Shown here piece after piece: positions 40,398 to 54,300 of a stretch of 64,000 bases of DNA. The notes below the pieces were generated by a model, which worked only from the letters and a program-made list of their open reading frames with translations, was not told the origin of the DNA and searched no databases. The stretch lies in assembly GCA_040954595.2 (NCBI GenBank), contig CM082582.2:6308303-6372302 (forward strand), given 5' to 3'. Every line of letters starts with the position of its first letter. The stretch's first letter is position 1. Position numbers and translations under genes: made by a program. The stretch is from Balanoglossus misakiensis (lineage: Eukaryota > Animalia > Hemichordata).

Positions 40398-40986
40398 TGT
40401 TACGGTAGAAAAAAACCGGGAGCACACAATGGAGAATGTGGTTCAACAACAGAATATTTAATTGAACAACTAGCCTTCTAAAATCAAAAGGTCGCACACA
40501 AGAAAATGTTCACTATGTGTTTTTACCTTGCTTGGTCGAGGAGTAATTGAGTCCACAAAAGTCCTGGCCGAACTCAAGGCACATAAGTCCGTTGCTGACC
40601 AAGTCCGCCATTCACAGAAGCCAGTTGCTCACAGAAGTCAGTTGCTCACACAAAGTCCGTTGCTCACACAAAGTCCGTTGCTCACACAAAGTCCGTTGCT
40701 CACACAAAATCCGTTGCTCATGAAGTCGGTTGCTCACAGAGTCCAGCCCAGCTAGGTAAATTCCTAATTCCCAAGGCGATGTGGAGCTGGAGCTGGAGCT
40801 ACGTGCTCCTCCGAGTCAGTGTTGAGAAGTGTGCCTCGTGGTTTTTGTGAGAAGGCCTTTTATATGGGTGACCATCTGGTTATTACTAATATTTAAATGA
40901 ACTAGTTGAAAAGGCAGGGCCCTTTGTTATGCAAAGCTAAGCTACCCCTCTCTCGACCAAGCAACCAAACAGGGTGTGTCGTAACA
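40398..40986 (-). mobile_element. Candidate solo LTR (Gypsy/BEL-like); right boundary uncertain
   Basis: TGTTACG...CGTAACA inverted termini with flanks atag/atac (3 of 4 match). Minus-strand TATA (CATATAAAAGG, about 40856-40866) lies upstream of a minus-strand AATTAAA (about 40457-40463). Contains an internal 18-bp tandem array. Confidence 0.5.
40586..40742. repeat. 18-bp minisatellite (AAGTCCGTTGCTCACACA)n within the candidate LTR
   Basis: About 8 imperfect copies. Confidence 0.9.
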
Positions 40987-43900
40987 ATACCAAGGAACTT
41001 TACAGTTCTTTTGGCGTGCAGAGGTAAGTTTCCCAGCTCAGGGGGGAAGTGGAAAGCCTTATCTCGCTTGTTAGAACTCGCAGCGCAGACTAGTGTTAAT
41101 TAACAGGCGCAGGTGTCTAGACATGCAGAATTATCTTCACACTCTTGATTCAAGCGATAATCTTCAGATACAAATCTCCTGATAGCGTCCATCCATTTTT
41201 ATCACACTTCGCGAATAGGATAAGTCTGGCAATAACAGAATAGACATGTAACGACATATACCTTCCCGAATAAACTTTTGTGAGGAAGTGTCGTTAATTA
41301 AAATTGACGAAGGCACTACTTTCGTTTTATAGCTCAATTTTCCTTAACGCGGCATTCGGTTGCAAGCCCTGGCATATAACGTTGCTGCAAATCCCAAACA
41401 CATTAATGTTATCGGTAAAATGGCTTTCCCGCGTTTTTTGTAATCGAGTAGTGGACCATAACCGAACCCATACCGTAATAAAGGCGGGAAGTGGGGACGG
41501 TGAGTCCAGACACGTAACTTAGTAAATTCTTACACGTATATATGCTCCAAAATAAGTGTAAGTTGTCGTTATTGGAGCGAAAAGGTAAATGACTCGTCAA
41601 TAAAAAAAATATAATAACCTTATCAATTATTGACGGCGCGACATCCGCGAGCTTTGTGCACAAGCGGCAAGTATTACATGAATTCTATACTCGAAGATAA
41701 AGTGATTAAAATTGTAAGAACTACGGAAAACCATCAAACGCTCTCTTATTTCTGCTTTGCGGGGGGGGGGGTTGTCTAGAGGCTGCGGAATAAGACCGAG
41801 CAGATAACGGGTAAAACATTTTTTTTCAAACAATTGAGTTCGTTTTGGCTGAACACCACAGTGTACCGTATTAAGGTCCGTTACCATCATGTGACAAAAA
41901 TACATATAATTTCTCTTAATATGAATTTAAGAACTCCCATTGGGCACAGATTAAAATACAGTGTGTAATAAGTCACTTAATTAAAATACGATGTACAGTA
42001 ATCACATGTAATGAGATGGCATGACTTTGGCTCGTAAACATACATACTCTTTAAATAGTTTTATTGAGTCATCAACTGATTTTGATCTTGTATGCTAACA
42101 CTTCTTATCATTGACCTATATCATCAGTTTAGCAATAAGATCGATGGTGATCAAAGTTCAAATAGCCGAATGTCATTTCGTTCATTAATCAGAAGTAAAA
42201 ATTGTGAAAAATCATAATTGCAGCTGAAATATCGTCATTTTAATAACAAGTACTGGTGAGTTTTTAACACTTTGTAACACGTGAGAAAGACCGAGTACAG
42301 AGATCCTGTCCATAATCCGTCTGCACTGTATATGTGTGTATGGGTATAGCGTTTAACGCGTTTTAGTATCATCATACATAACAGCCTTGGGGCAAGAAGA
42401 TTACATGTAAGTTTCCCACCGAGAGAAGGGGCGGAGGCGTTGAGATGATATGAAATGTCAGGGCTTCGTCCCAGATCCTCTCTGTGTGTCATCTCTAACC
42501 TATTTGACAAGATCGCCTTGATTGAATGGCTCGCCGTATATATTGTCGCTTAGAGCGATTTGCTCGACACATAAAATAAGCTCAATTCCATCAAGTGCTG
42601 ACCAATCAGTCGTGAATCAACCTAATCCGGAGTATGCCTAATAAGATGAGCGTTTTTTTGTATCGAAGAAGGTTCCCTGGGGTCAATTGAGGAAAACGCG
42701 TGGATAGATAGCGCAGCATCAACCTTAAATTCAATTTCAGTATCGAACTTGTGTCGACGTATATAAGTTATATACGACTTCGCATCAACCGATGTATTAG
42801 TACCGGTGGTGATGGCACTTGCGTGGAGAATATGTGTAACGCACAACTTTGCATCTGCATTCGATATGTACGTATGCATATAATTGCATATTTCACCTCC
42901 TTACTGTCGGCATATAGATTACACTCACCGATGTGAGGTTAATTAAGCGCAAAAAATTGTAACTTTCTGTAATTACCAGTGCGTGATGGCAATTATGACG
43001 CTATGACGGGTGGTGACCGCAATGGGAAAATATATGAAAAGTACAAAGTGATGGAAAAACCTGCTTCATTCATTTGGATCAGTCCATTTACCCCTGATTA
43101 TTTCCCCGTGCTGAGAGTGTTGTAGTCCAGTACTTGGTATACGCCACATATGTCAGTAATATTTTTCAGAGCGAACGGAGGTAAGTTCGTGTAATGGCGA
43201 CAATGCCCCATTGCAAAGCAGTGTGTTCAACCTTAGGCGCCTAATGACGTTGAAGTTGTAATCGAACCGGTGAGCAGAATTCGTGTTACTTTTAATGAGG
43301 TTGTCTGTTGTCTTGTATCATAAATTTTGTTACTTTATGAGCTTGTCTTGTTAACTCGGGTATGTGAAACTATTCCGAGCCTAACTGTCGTATCGCGTGT
43401 CCTCTTAATTATAGTTCCATGGTTTCTGAAGAGATTATTGTTGACTTCCATGAGATAAAATTGATAACTGTATAGATATGTATAGGTATAACTAGACAAA
43501 GCTTTGTCGTGGCTACAGATGGGTTTAACGCGCAACCTATTGTCGAGTCATTCAACCGCCGGAGTTGAGATGTATTGCACGTTTTCCATTTCAGACAGTT
43601 GTAGTAAACTCGGCTACTGTACTAGCAGTTGTTGGCCATCATTGTTTCAAACATCGCTTTCGTAAGAAACAAATCCACAAAAACTGGACAAAAATCGCAA
43701 TATTCCACAAATAATTGGACTGGATAGTGCAGGAGACCCCAACAAATCATTATTGTTTCAATAAGGTGACACTCGAAAATTAAGATCGTAAATTTTCGAT
43801 GTTTATCACTTCCCGTGAAAACACTTGGAATATATTTCCCAGATCACCGATATTCATTTTCCTGCATTCTTGCAAACACTGCCGTAAGGTTTCCTAGGAG

Positions 43901-44251
43901 ATTTTATTTAGAACAAGAGTTTGTCTGACATCGTAAATTTCAGAAACAATCATTTTTTAGTATTTTCGAAGTATGTGCTCAAAGCATGATGTCGTACGAT
44001 CTCTTTGTAAACACAGACACGAACGCATGTAGCTGAGGTCCCAAGCGCCACATCCTTCTGTGCATAATTATTCAAAGGGATCCTTTGATTACTATAAATC
44101 AGACAACATTTTGATTAAAATGAAGTAAATTTTCTTCATATGAGACAATGTTTCTGCTGAGGGATTAAACACGGACAACATCGACAGCATATGAATCATT
44201 TTACTTCCCCGCATGGCTTGGTTGAAATCTGTGATTTGTGTTTTCGTTTCC

Positions 44252-44372
44252 AGTAGTAAAGTGGGTTCATATACGCCACATTACCATAAATTAGCATAAT
44301 GGCATAATTAGCATACATTAGCAATTATGCTAATTTATGGTAATGTGGCGTATATGAACCCACTTTACTACT
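44252..44372. mobile_element. 121-bp palindromic MITE with ~49-bp perfect TIRs and 7-bp target-site duplication
   Basis: cgtttcc|AGTAGTAAAGTGGGTTCATATACGCCACATTACCATAAATTAGCATAAT...ATTATGCTAATTTATGGTAATGTGGCGTATATGAACCCACTTTACTACT|cgtttcc. Confidence 0.85.
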
Positions 44373-45558
44373 CGTTTCCTATGAAACGTTTGAGTGGGGT
44401 GACCGCGATGAGTGGAGTGAACGCGACATGGGGGAGTCTCACCCCCGGAATCCGAACTCACTTCTGCGCAGACTCAACTGTAACGAGTTCGTTGCTATGA
44501 ATAGTTGCCCGAGACGGACTGCTTAACGTCAAATACATGTACGTTTGTATGACACTTGAATAAGAAAAATATACGCGAATCTGTTGCAAATGATTTTTAT
44601 AAATTCGTATTCACCGACTTGAACCAAGTCTACCCCCCCCCCCCCCCCCCGCATATATTCAGCCAAATTGTACTTCGCGCCATTATCACATCATTACAAA
44701 CCATCCAGTTCGCCGGACATGATTGTACAATGTTAAACCTAACACGTCAGGGTTGTTTCAAAGTGATACCGTGGTTAAATGTTCTTTGACTGCATTAAAA
44801 TGTGCTGTACAACATGTGTCTCAAAGTTGTGTTTTTTTAGTCATCACGAAAAGCCTTTACGGACTGGAGTGTAATGAAAGGCATAGAAAATAATATGTTA
44901 TAGCTCGTTTCATATAATAATTGCTTCAGTCTGACCCTCAATCTTATGAACATTCTGTACGATGTCTGTTAAGTTTGATAAGGTGTTTTCACGTTTGTTA
45001 CACCTGTCGAGGATCATTCGATCAATGTATTGATTTCTAACTAGAGACGGGGAAACTGGCAAGTAATGGGCTTGGTGCCATTTGTCGAGTCTCCTCACGC
45101 ACATAGGTCACTGTCTCCCGACGAAAAAAATCCAGTCTTTTGTCGCTTTCTTGGAAAGGTAGACCATGTCGTATACGTGAGCCACTTCAATCCTACTTCA
45201 AATCGAGTTGTTGACTGCAAATAGTTCTTTTGCTCCCAAAGAAACACCAAAATGCTTACATGAATTTGAAAAAGACGCCAACGATCGTTAAAAAATACGA
45301 ATACGTCATCGGCAATCATTTTACACTACGTGACCATCGTTGTGAGTAAGTCAGAAATTGCTTTAAGCAAGTCCCCGGGGTAATTTTTATTAGAAAACAT
45401 GGAACGCGTCTTAGAAATCCGGGGCTTGTATATTTACTTTTATTGGTGTCACATTCAGTATACGCGTGTCTTGAAATATAAAAGCGCAACTACTTACTTC
45501 ACAGTGCAGTCTTGAATACTGAGCAGTCACCATGCAGTGACGTAATCCCAACCGGGAT

Positions 45559-45784
45559 TCTCACTCACTCACTCACTCACTCACTCACTCACACACACAC
45601 ACACACACACACACTCACTCACTCACTCACTCACTCATTCATTCATTCATTCATTCATTCATTCATTCATTCATTCATTCATTCATTCATTCATTCATTC
45701 AATCAATCCATCAATCAATCAATCATTCATTCCCTACTTCATTCATTCATTCATTCATTCAACCAATCAATCAATCATTCATTC
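45559..45784. repeat. Compound microsatellite (CACT)n-(CA)n-(CATT)n-(CAAT)n
   Basis: Direct reading. Confidence 0.97.
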
Positions 45785-46653
45785 CCTACGTCGCCTCAAA
45801 TCAGGCGTAAATGAATAGCTCTATGTCACCACGGGGGATCTGAGTAGCAATTATCTCCTAACCCTTTGGCTCGGCTGTCACGGGATACCTTGATATGCGA
45901 TCACTTTTGCTGTACACCGCTGCCCGAGCGACCGTGACCCTGAGTGCTGCTACCATGCCACTGTCACACAAACTTCATTTGAGCTGACAGATCTCACAGT
46001 TTGACTTCTACTCATTAGTCGATACAGTTTCTGATAGCATTCATCGGTGGGTATAATAGGTACCCATTTATCTCGCAATATTGTAGTCCCAACACCGTTT
46101 ACATTATTGAACACCTCGTTAGTGGCATCGACATGATTTACTTTGGTTTGGTTTGCACGTGTTGTGAAAATAATGCATAGGTGACCTATTTAATTGAAAA
46201 CCTAGACCATTTATTATGTGGCTATATTTGGATTAGAAAGGCGTCACAGTTTCACAGTATCACAGTTTCATACAATGTTATATATATATACTGTGATTAA
46301 ACATGCACCACTAAAATGTCTGCCCAACTGATGGAAGAGACATTTGGTGCTATGGACATTCATGATTCTTCCTGTACTCACTAAAGTTCGGTTGCTTGCT
46401 TGAATAACCTACATATCTTCTGCAATTTCCTGCGTCCATAGAATGAAAGTACGTACGCCTTGATTGGAAATTGATCCCCTCGAAGGTTAACATCTAAGAC
46501 GTACTGTACGGGTTGCTTGTTAAATACAGGAAGAAATGAGGGAGATAAGAAACTTGAACCCTCATTTCCTGAATCAATTTCCGAATCTTCGGATGCACGG
46601 GTAATAAATCGGCGAAGGATCGGACGTGTGTTGGGTCTCCGTTGATCCGTTAA

Positions 46654-46980
46654 AGGGACAAAGTCTCTCGCTGCCCTTTTTCCATTAATTATGTTTGATA
46701 CAAGACACCGTTATTCTACATGTGGATATATAGTCAATCAACGTTCGACAACACACAACTTTCATCCCACTTGTAGACATAAAAAACACGCCAAAATAAA
46801 TAATCGGTGTTTACCATTTTTTCATTTTAGCGAGATTTTACTCTTATATCCTACAGACGGGATGGAAGTTGTGTGTGGTCGTACCTTGATTTACTATATA
46901 TCCACATGTAGAATAACATACACATCGTCTTGTATCAAACATAATTAATGGAAAAGGGGCAGCGAGAGAGACTTTTCCCT
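46654..46980. mobile_element. Foldback MITE, Kolobok-type, copy 2 (opposite orientation to copy 1)
   Basis: TTAA|AGGGACAAAGTCTCTCGCTGCCC ... GGGCAGCGAGAGAGACTTTTCCCT|TTAA; the interior aligns to the reverse complement of 35943-36285. Confidence 0.85.
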
Positions 46981-49900
46981 TTAAATGCAGTTGGTGGAGA
47001 ATCCGGAACGTATTGGGCAATTTTGGGGCTGTGGATTATACCCCCCCCCCCTCTTCTCGTATTTCTTGCGACCTTGTTTAAGTTCAGACAACAATGATAA
47101 GGTATTTAGTATGTACGTCGCACGTCACGTGGAAACCCTTCGTCTGGCGCGGCAGGAATATCAAACATCATGTAGCCATACACAGACAGTGCATGCAGTT
47201 GTATGACATTTAATATTCGCTATCTGTAAACATCCCCTGTTTTTACGCCGTCTTGGATGGGCTCCTTGATCGGTTGTATTGGCACAATAATTCACTCATG
47301 AATGTCGAAAAAAATTAAGTAGGGAAAGACAAGAATTTATTCTTGAGCAGATTTTCCCCTTTTAGTGGGTAAAGTACTTCTAAGGAGCTAATCAATCTTC
47401 CATTAAACAGTAATGAGATTCATTAGCAGTAATTAAAGGATATTTATCACCTTTATTTCAAATGATGAAACGCTGATCACCCACCGTGCTTTAAATCGCA
47501 ATAGCATTTTATGCAAATTCAGCAAAAAAGTGTGGAAACGTTTCTGTTATTCTACCTGTTGTAATACTTCTTTCTGTTGCCAAGGATTGGACAACATCGA
47601 TAGGCCAGAGTGTTCGACATAGAATAGGAGAATCGTCTCTGAAATACAGAAACTGCTAGTATTCATTTTCTCACCCCTCACAACATGTGCAATGAATGAT
47701 ACTATGTGTACGTTAGACAAGACACGTCCTCCACGAACGGCAGTAAATTTCCCCCGTTATTGATGGGATGGATTGAACACACGGTCACTGGAACGAAAGG
47801 AGATGTAAACCCATCTTTTATACATGTACATGCATATAAATTTACCTTCTTTACTACGCTCGCCGGGCTACTGTTGTTGAGTTCCACCCTAATTTATGTA
47901 TTTCTATTAAAGCCGACTATTAAATAATGCATCCGATTTTCAAATCAGTTTCGGAATCAGGTTAGACGCAGTTTCCGGGTGCAAATTATATAAAATAATA
48001 TTCTGCCTTTCTTGCACGAACCATGTACAACTGATAATCCGTCGAGGACTTTCAGGGCAGTAGTAATACAACTTGTTTACCTGTATAGTGTGTAGATGCA
48101 TGTACCGAATACAGAAAAAAAAACGTGGTCGGGAATCCCAATTTTGTGATGGAGACGTACAAGCTTCATGACAATTCCACGCGCGTATATCTCAGCAGGC
48201 AGTTACTAGCAAATTACTGCCTCATATTTTTGTACTGTCTGGAGATCGAACTGCGGGCAGAATATTAGTCGGCGACTGAAATTGAAGTTAACAGAAATGA
48301 TTGCTTTGTATCTCAGGCGTTGCGTGATGGTATATAGTTCGTTTGCGTCATCGACACGGCCTGGCAATTTCGTGAGACTCGTTCAAGCAAACGGGTATAG
48401 TACGAAGGGGTCGACATTTCACCTAAACTAGGATTGAAAATTAACAACTTTTGACCCTCATTCTCAGTGTAACCTCCCAATATAAAACTGTAAACCTCGA
48501 GTTCACTATCTAAATGTTATAGCTATTTCTGTCTCTGTGTCTGTACGCGTCAGTCCAATCTTACTGATCTTATGAGCTTTAGCGATGTCTTTTCCGCAAC
48601 TGCAAAATACATTTTATGAAACCGACCTAATGGATGTATAGGTGGTGCTGTTAAAAGATTCAGTGCTAAACCAATCGTGGAAAAATGTCCAGGCTCTCAT
48701 AAAGTCGAGTTACGAACAGCCTTTTTTTCCTGAAAGAAAATGACAAATTTCTTAAAGCTTGAGAGAATCCACGGCTATGCCACAGAGAAACGTCGCTGGC
48801 AACATGGATCGTGCGCGACTCTGACGTCAGTTGCGTCTGCTTTTTCAGAGATTTCATGCATGCACCATTTATCAAAATCCTTCAAATTGAAATCATTTAA
48901 CCCCCGCAGGAGTGTTGGTATATAGATGGAGCCACACTGAAACAAAATTTGATAATGCTGGCATCATTTCCTGTCGATTACTAGGAGGCGCGAGAAATGT
49001 TACCAATTTACCCCTTGCACAATTTATAAAAAAAAAATGGCCTTGACTCCAGATTAGCGTGTTATCCCTTGATTGATTGTGGAGCAGCAAAATGAATTGA
49101 TAATTGCTTATGTCGAACAAAAGCTTTGTTTGTCAATTTTGCGCTAATGTGCCGAATTTATCAACTTGCCGGGAATGCATTTGTCCCAAACGCAAAATGT
49201 TACCACGTGACCTTCAACTCATGACGGCACAGATTGCCACTGTAATGGAGTGTGCGGCCATGACAGAATTGGGATTTGTATCGGATTTGTTGTTCTGTGC
49301 TAGGGTTCAAGTCCATAAAATATCTCACACACACAATTCCAGTCATTTTGTTCTATAGACGATAAAATGATGGAGTAGCGTGTGACCTTAAGAAGTACCC
49401 AAGCTTCCTGTGACAGCTATACCACCAATTCGAAACTGAAAGGCGTATTTAATGGTGTGTATGATTTACATCGCGTGACCTTGAATTGTGCAGGCCGTGT
49501 GCAATTCGTAGCGTATGTTTTTTTGTTTGTTTGAGGCTCGTGAATGGAAATTGGGTCTTGTTATTCGGACACAAGCCGCGCACTTTAGAAATATCTTGGT
49601 AGAAATGTGAATGATCAGTCCTGTCAAATGACATCGGGAATGTTCGAGTGACACTTAACTTTGTGTGTCCCCCAGGCCTATTTTGATTGAGGTGGTAGGC
49701 CTATGCGACTCGAAAATCAAAGTCTTAACTTTTTCCCACGTTTTGTTCAAGGCAACTTTGGGTTATTTTTTTTCTTTTAAGTGAGCTGGGAATTTAAACA
49801 AAATAGGGGTCGTCGTGAAAAAACTTGAAACGAGAGGCTCAGCAAAATTGTGCGTAACGGCCTCAAATTAAAAATGGCCGCCAATCTCTGTTTAATACTG

Positions 49901-51027
49901 GTTCATATCCATTCTCGTTGAATGTATGATAAACAAGTAATATCGGTCAGATAAAAATGAAATTAATTATCGAACTAAAATTTATCGGGACAAAGCAAGA
50001 CTTTCCCCTTCACGCACGGCAGCTTAAAACAGTTGCACGAAACAGCAGTATAGGCGCAGGCTATTACCCTGTCGTTCCATATCCAAGATGTTCCCCGCTA
50101 AAATACAGTCATTTCAACGAAGTATTGTCCTAATTTACGAGCATATGGACTGCATTAAAGACATATTTCACTCTGAGGAGAGACGCTTTTTTGCGATACC
50201 ATCACCATCCATTCGATTAATTTCCTCGTTTGCTGAGCATTTCCATATTGAATATATGAGGGAATCCCATCCTCGTATATACATCTCATAGTCCTATAAC
50301 CATACGATTCGTTTGAGGAAACATAAAAAAAACTGCCGCTCACTTGATGGCGGAGAGAAATATAAAATTGCTCTACGAAAAATGCATTGATAGTAGATTG
50401 AGACTGACAATACGAGATATCACGTCGGCGTCATATTTTGTGAAAAAAGCCAATACTAGAACACGTATTTTTTCTTGGCTATATCTGAAAAGTCCAACAC
50501 AGCGTCTCTTCGTTAATGCGGTATTTGCCGTAAAGAGGTACGTGGTGTGCGACGATTCTAAAAGAAAGACACGCAAGTACATATACAATGTAGAAGGCAC
50601 ATGCCTGCGGCACTAAACTGATGATTATGTTCACTGTGTGAGGATTCTCCATAGAATGGGACGCACGTGACATCGTGAATTGTTCGTACTTCTCGGGGGT
50701 TATTGTTCGAGTCAGATGTTGAGTGTCGTTGAGTGTCGTGATGTAGTTATCCTTCCGCGGCCGCTGTAACGACATTCAGTGCGGCTTCCCACTGCGATCA
50801 CCACTTGTGCATTCCGTACGTGCAGTTGATTGAGGCAGTAAAATGGGCTACAGCGAGAGGCGTGTGATCAGATGGTGCAAATAGTCAACAGTGTCTGTGG
50901 AATGAAAAAAAAAATCAACTAGACATTTGAGTTCACAGGCGTTACAGAGATACAGTCGCCAGAAAATTTCCAAAATAGACTATGTAATGGAAAGTCAGGG
51001 AAAAGACATTATGGCATTGTTCTCCTA

Positions 51028-51070
<43 letters not shown>
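51028..51070. repeat. (TAAC)n microsatellite directly upstream of the FGFR first-coding-exon acceptor
   Basis: About 10 units. Confidence 0.95.
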
Positions 51071-51142
51071 TTTTCTTACTTGACGCAGCACCAGCTGACC
51101 ATAGATCGATAGAAACCGACAAATCGCGTCGCCGAATTCTCC

Positions 51143-51253
51143 ATGGCAACCGTCCACGAAAAGATGAGGGTGCTGGCCACGGCAATTTACATTTCCCTGA
51201 TAGGATATTCCTTATCAAGCACTGTATCTGATCAGAATGGTAAGTTTTCTTCT

Positions 51254-51330
<77 letters not shown>

Positions 51331-54300
51331 TATAAGAACCTGAGACCACAATAAAATAATGTGAAAACTGAAAATACCTGATTAAATATTACACCAGTCT
51401 GGGAACATATCAACTCACTGCAACTGAAAGAGTAAAAAACAACTACAACACTATCGAGCTCCTACGGTAGTATGAAACGTATTCTCACAATTGTTTTTTT
51501 TCCTTTCGCTGCCTTCGCAGAAATACAAAGTCGAAAGGACGAAGACACCATTTGCATTTATGAAAACAGGGAGGAACCGTTGCCGTCTCCTGGTAACGAC
51601 ACCAACAGCACCCGCGCCCATTTATTCTACTTCACGCGTCCAGGAATGAAGGCGGGTGGATTTGGAAACACCGCTGCATTTCTGATGACGACGACCACCC
51701 TCAGCTGTCCGGTGAACGCGAACGGCACCGAGAGTTACAGATGGATGAAGAAACCAAAGAGCGGCGGAGTGTTCACCGGGGACTTTGAGAGGATTGGCAA
51801 TCACCCGGTAAGTCTACCCACGAGTCTTGTGTATACCCTCTGGAAACAGACGTGCACGAAGAGTTGTGCAACTCTGTTAGTTATGATCACCCCTTTCTGT
51901 GTCTGTACCGATTTTAAGAATATATAGGAATGTACTTCAGTAAACATTGACATCCTTTGCCGATAATTTAAAAAAAAATTAGGCATTCAAAATCGCAAAA
52001 TAGCACCGGCTTCTGAAGGGCAAGGATTCATCCTGTCCACCACCTGATATACCAACTACCCAAACATTAACTATTAGTATTTCTGGTACCAACTGTACTT
52101 TGCGTTCCGTTTCGCTTGGTCGTCACCCAGCAATGGCAATAAATTATGTATGCTTATTTTATTCATTCAGCCTGTTCAACGAAACGACGAGCTGATCCTA
52201 CAGTCCGTCGTCAAGCGCGACGAAGGCTTTTACATGTGTGTTGTTGAGAGTGGGCCATGCAAGATGAACTTTACCTATCGTCTTATTGTGATGGAAAGGG
52301 GTAAGAAATGTGTGTTACTGGAACGATTGGCGTATTCTTCTAGGTTTGTGAAATCCCAGATAAAAAGGGGGGAGCAAAGCTGATTATATAGCACTGATGC
52401 ATCGGTTTAATTTTGGAACCCTTTTCTGTCAACAAAATATGCAAGAGAATTCTGGTTTACCATTCGTGTCCGATACAATCTAAGGTGGAACGTTAGCCCA
52501 TGTGTCTGGGCTTGGTCCTGATTGCAATTTGTTAACAAAACCACTTTCATCAACCGCACAAAGTGCAAAAAAATCGCTATCACTGTCACAAAATCAACCA
52601 GAAACTCATTTGGCGAGTCCATACAAAAACAGTAAATTGGAAATTGTAGATATCAATAGGGCTTCAGAATTCAGGATGGAATGGATGCATCCTGTTTTCC
52701 ACCGAATGTCACGAGATCAAAGAAACCTCATACCCATAATTGAAACGTCGTGTTTTTATGAAGCCCTGAAACCATGTTTGTTACATGTTTCGAAAAACCA
52801 GTGATGACTGGTTGTTAAATATAAGAATTTGATACAGGTACAAACGATGCACTGCACACAGGGCAGATCTTGCGCTTCCTTTAATGAATTAAAGGGTGGG
52901 TATCACGACCCTTCATTTCCTGAATTACGTTGTTAATGCTATGGTTTCGTCTTTCCTCTGAGCAGCGTCGAAGCCGGTCTTGGATAAACGCTTCCCTCAA
53001 AACCAGACAACTGTCGCCGGCTCCAATACAACGTTCGGCTGCCGGGTGGAAAACACGGGCCCACTGCAACACACTTACTGGTTAAAACATTACCAGGCTG
53101 ATAACGCCACATTATACATGGACATCGTGCAGGTCTGGTTTTTTTGTCGATCCTACTGCGCACGCTCAAAACAAACTTAAAGAGAGAGGGTCGTCTGCAC
53201 TGCACATGCGCGAACATCAGCATCGTTCACATTATTCCGGGTGACCCTAACTGCAAGTACATCCTGTATCAAAGTAACTTGGGGAAAACCAATGAAGCAT
53301 TATCACCCATTTGAGTCATTTGAGTCAAATGCATATACATGTACTCTAAAGATTATCTTACATGCTGTACAGTTGGAGATTATTTGTGTGCTAAAATTTA
53401 ATGGTGTTCGAAAGACAAGTCGTAGAAAGAACACTTTACCACAATTCAAGTACATGTAATAACTAACGTTCTGCTCACCTATATCGTGTTGATGGTTATG
53501 TGAGCACAGAATACTGATCTTATACACGGCCAGTAGAAAAGCAGGAATTTATAAAACGTACCATTTGCTGTGTTTCATTGAAGGACTCACTGTCGCGGGA
53601 TATCAACATGGACTGCTCCACATTCATCAGTCACCTCTTCCTGCACACGGTAATGGAGTGTGTCTTCGAGGTGAGTGGACTGGATATAATGACACCGTTT
53701 ACTTTGAAAGCAAACTTTCAAAAACAAAGTGACCATAGCTCACGAGGCTCAAACAACTCGTCTCTTGCAGGGAGACCTGACGATGAACTTGTATAACATC
53801 ACGCCGGCAGATTCTGGACTGTACACCTGTTTTTCGGTCAATAAGTTCGGCTCCGATTACAGCAGTGGTTGGCTGACTGTAACTAGAGGCGACAGTCCAA
53901 GTAGGTGTTGAATTCATTACAAAGTCGCAACTGAATCTGCATTTCCAAATATGTCCCTGGTGTCATTAACGACTGCAACTCACAATGCTGGAGTGTCAAA
54001 CAGACTTGGCACTTAACTACATCAGTATAGTACTTAGCCAATGGACACAAGTCTGCCTGCCTGTAAAGAGGTTTTCATTTTGTGATACCTTCTCACTGGT
54101 CAATGGAAACGGGAAATGCAGAACGCTAAAACATTGGTTCGCACACCTACCTGTACGCATTGAATCAACCGACCAAGACATGTTTGATTTCCGTGTTATC
54201 ACTCATTGCAGCGTTGAGCGTGGTTTTAGAACCAACTGGAACAACTACAGGTAAACAACGCATACAGCTGACTGCACTGACGGTGCTTCTTCCACTCACC

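Noticed and set aside
40586-40742. Regular repeats resembling a CRISPR array
   Set aside because: Head-to-tail 18-bp units without unique spacers, no cas genes, eukaryotic context.
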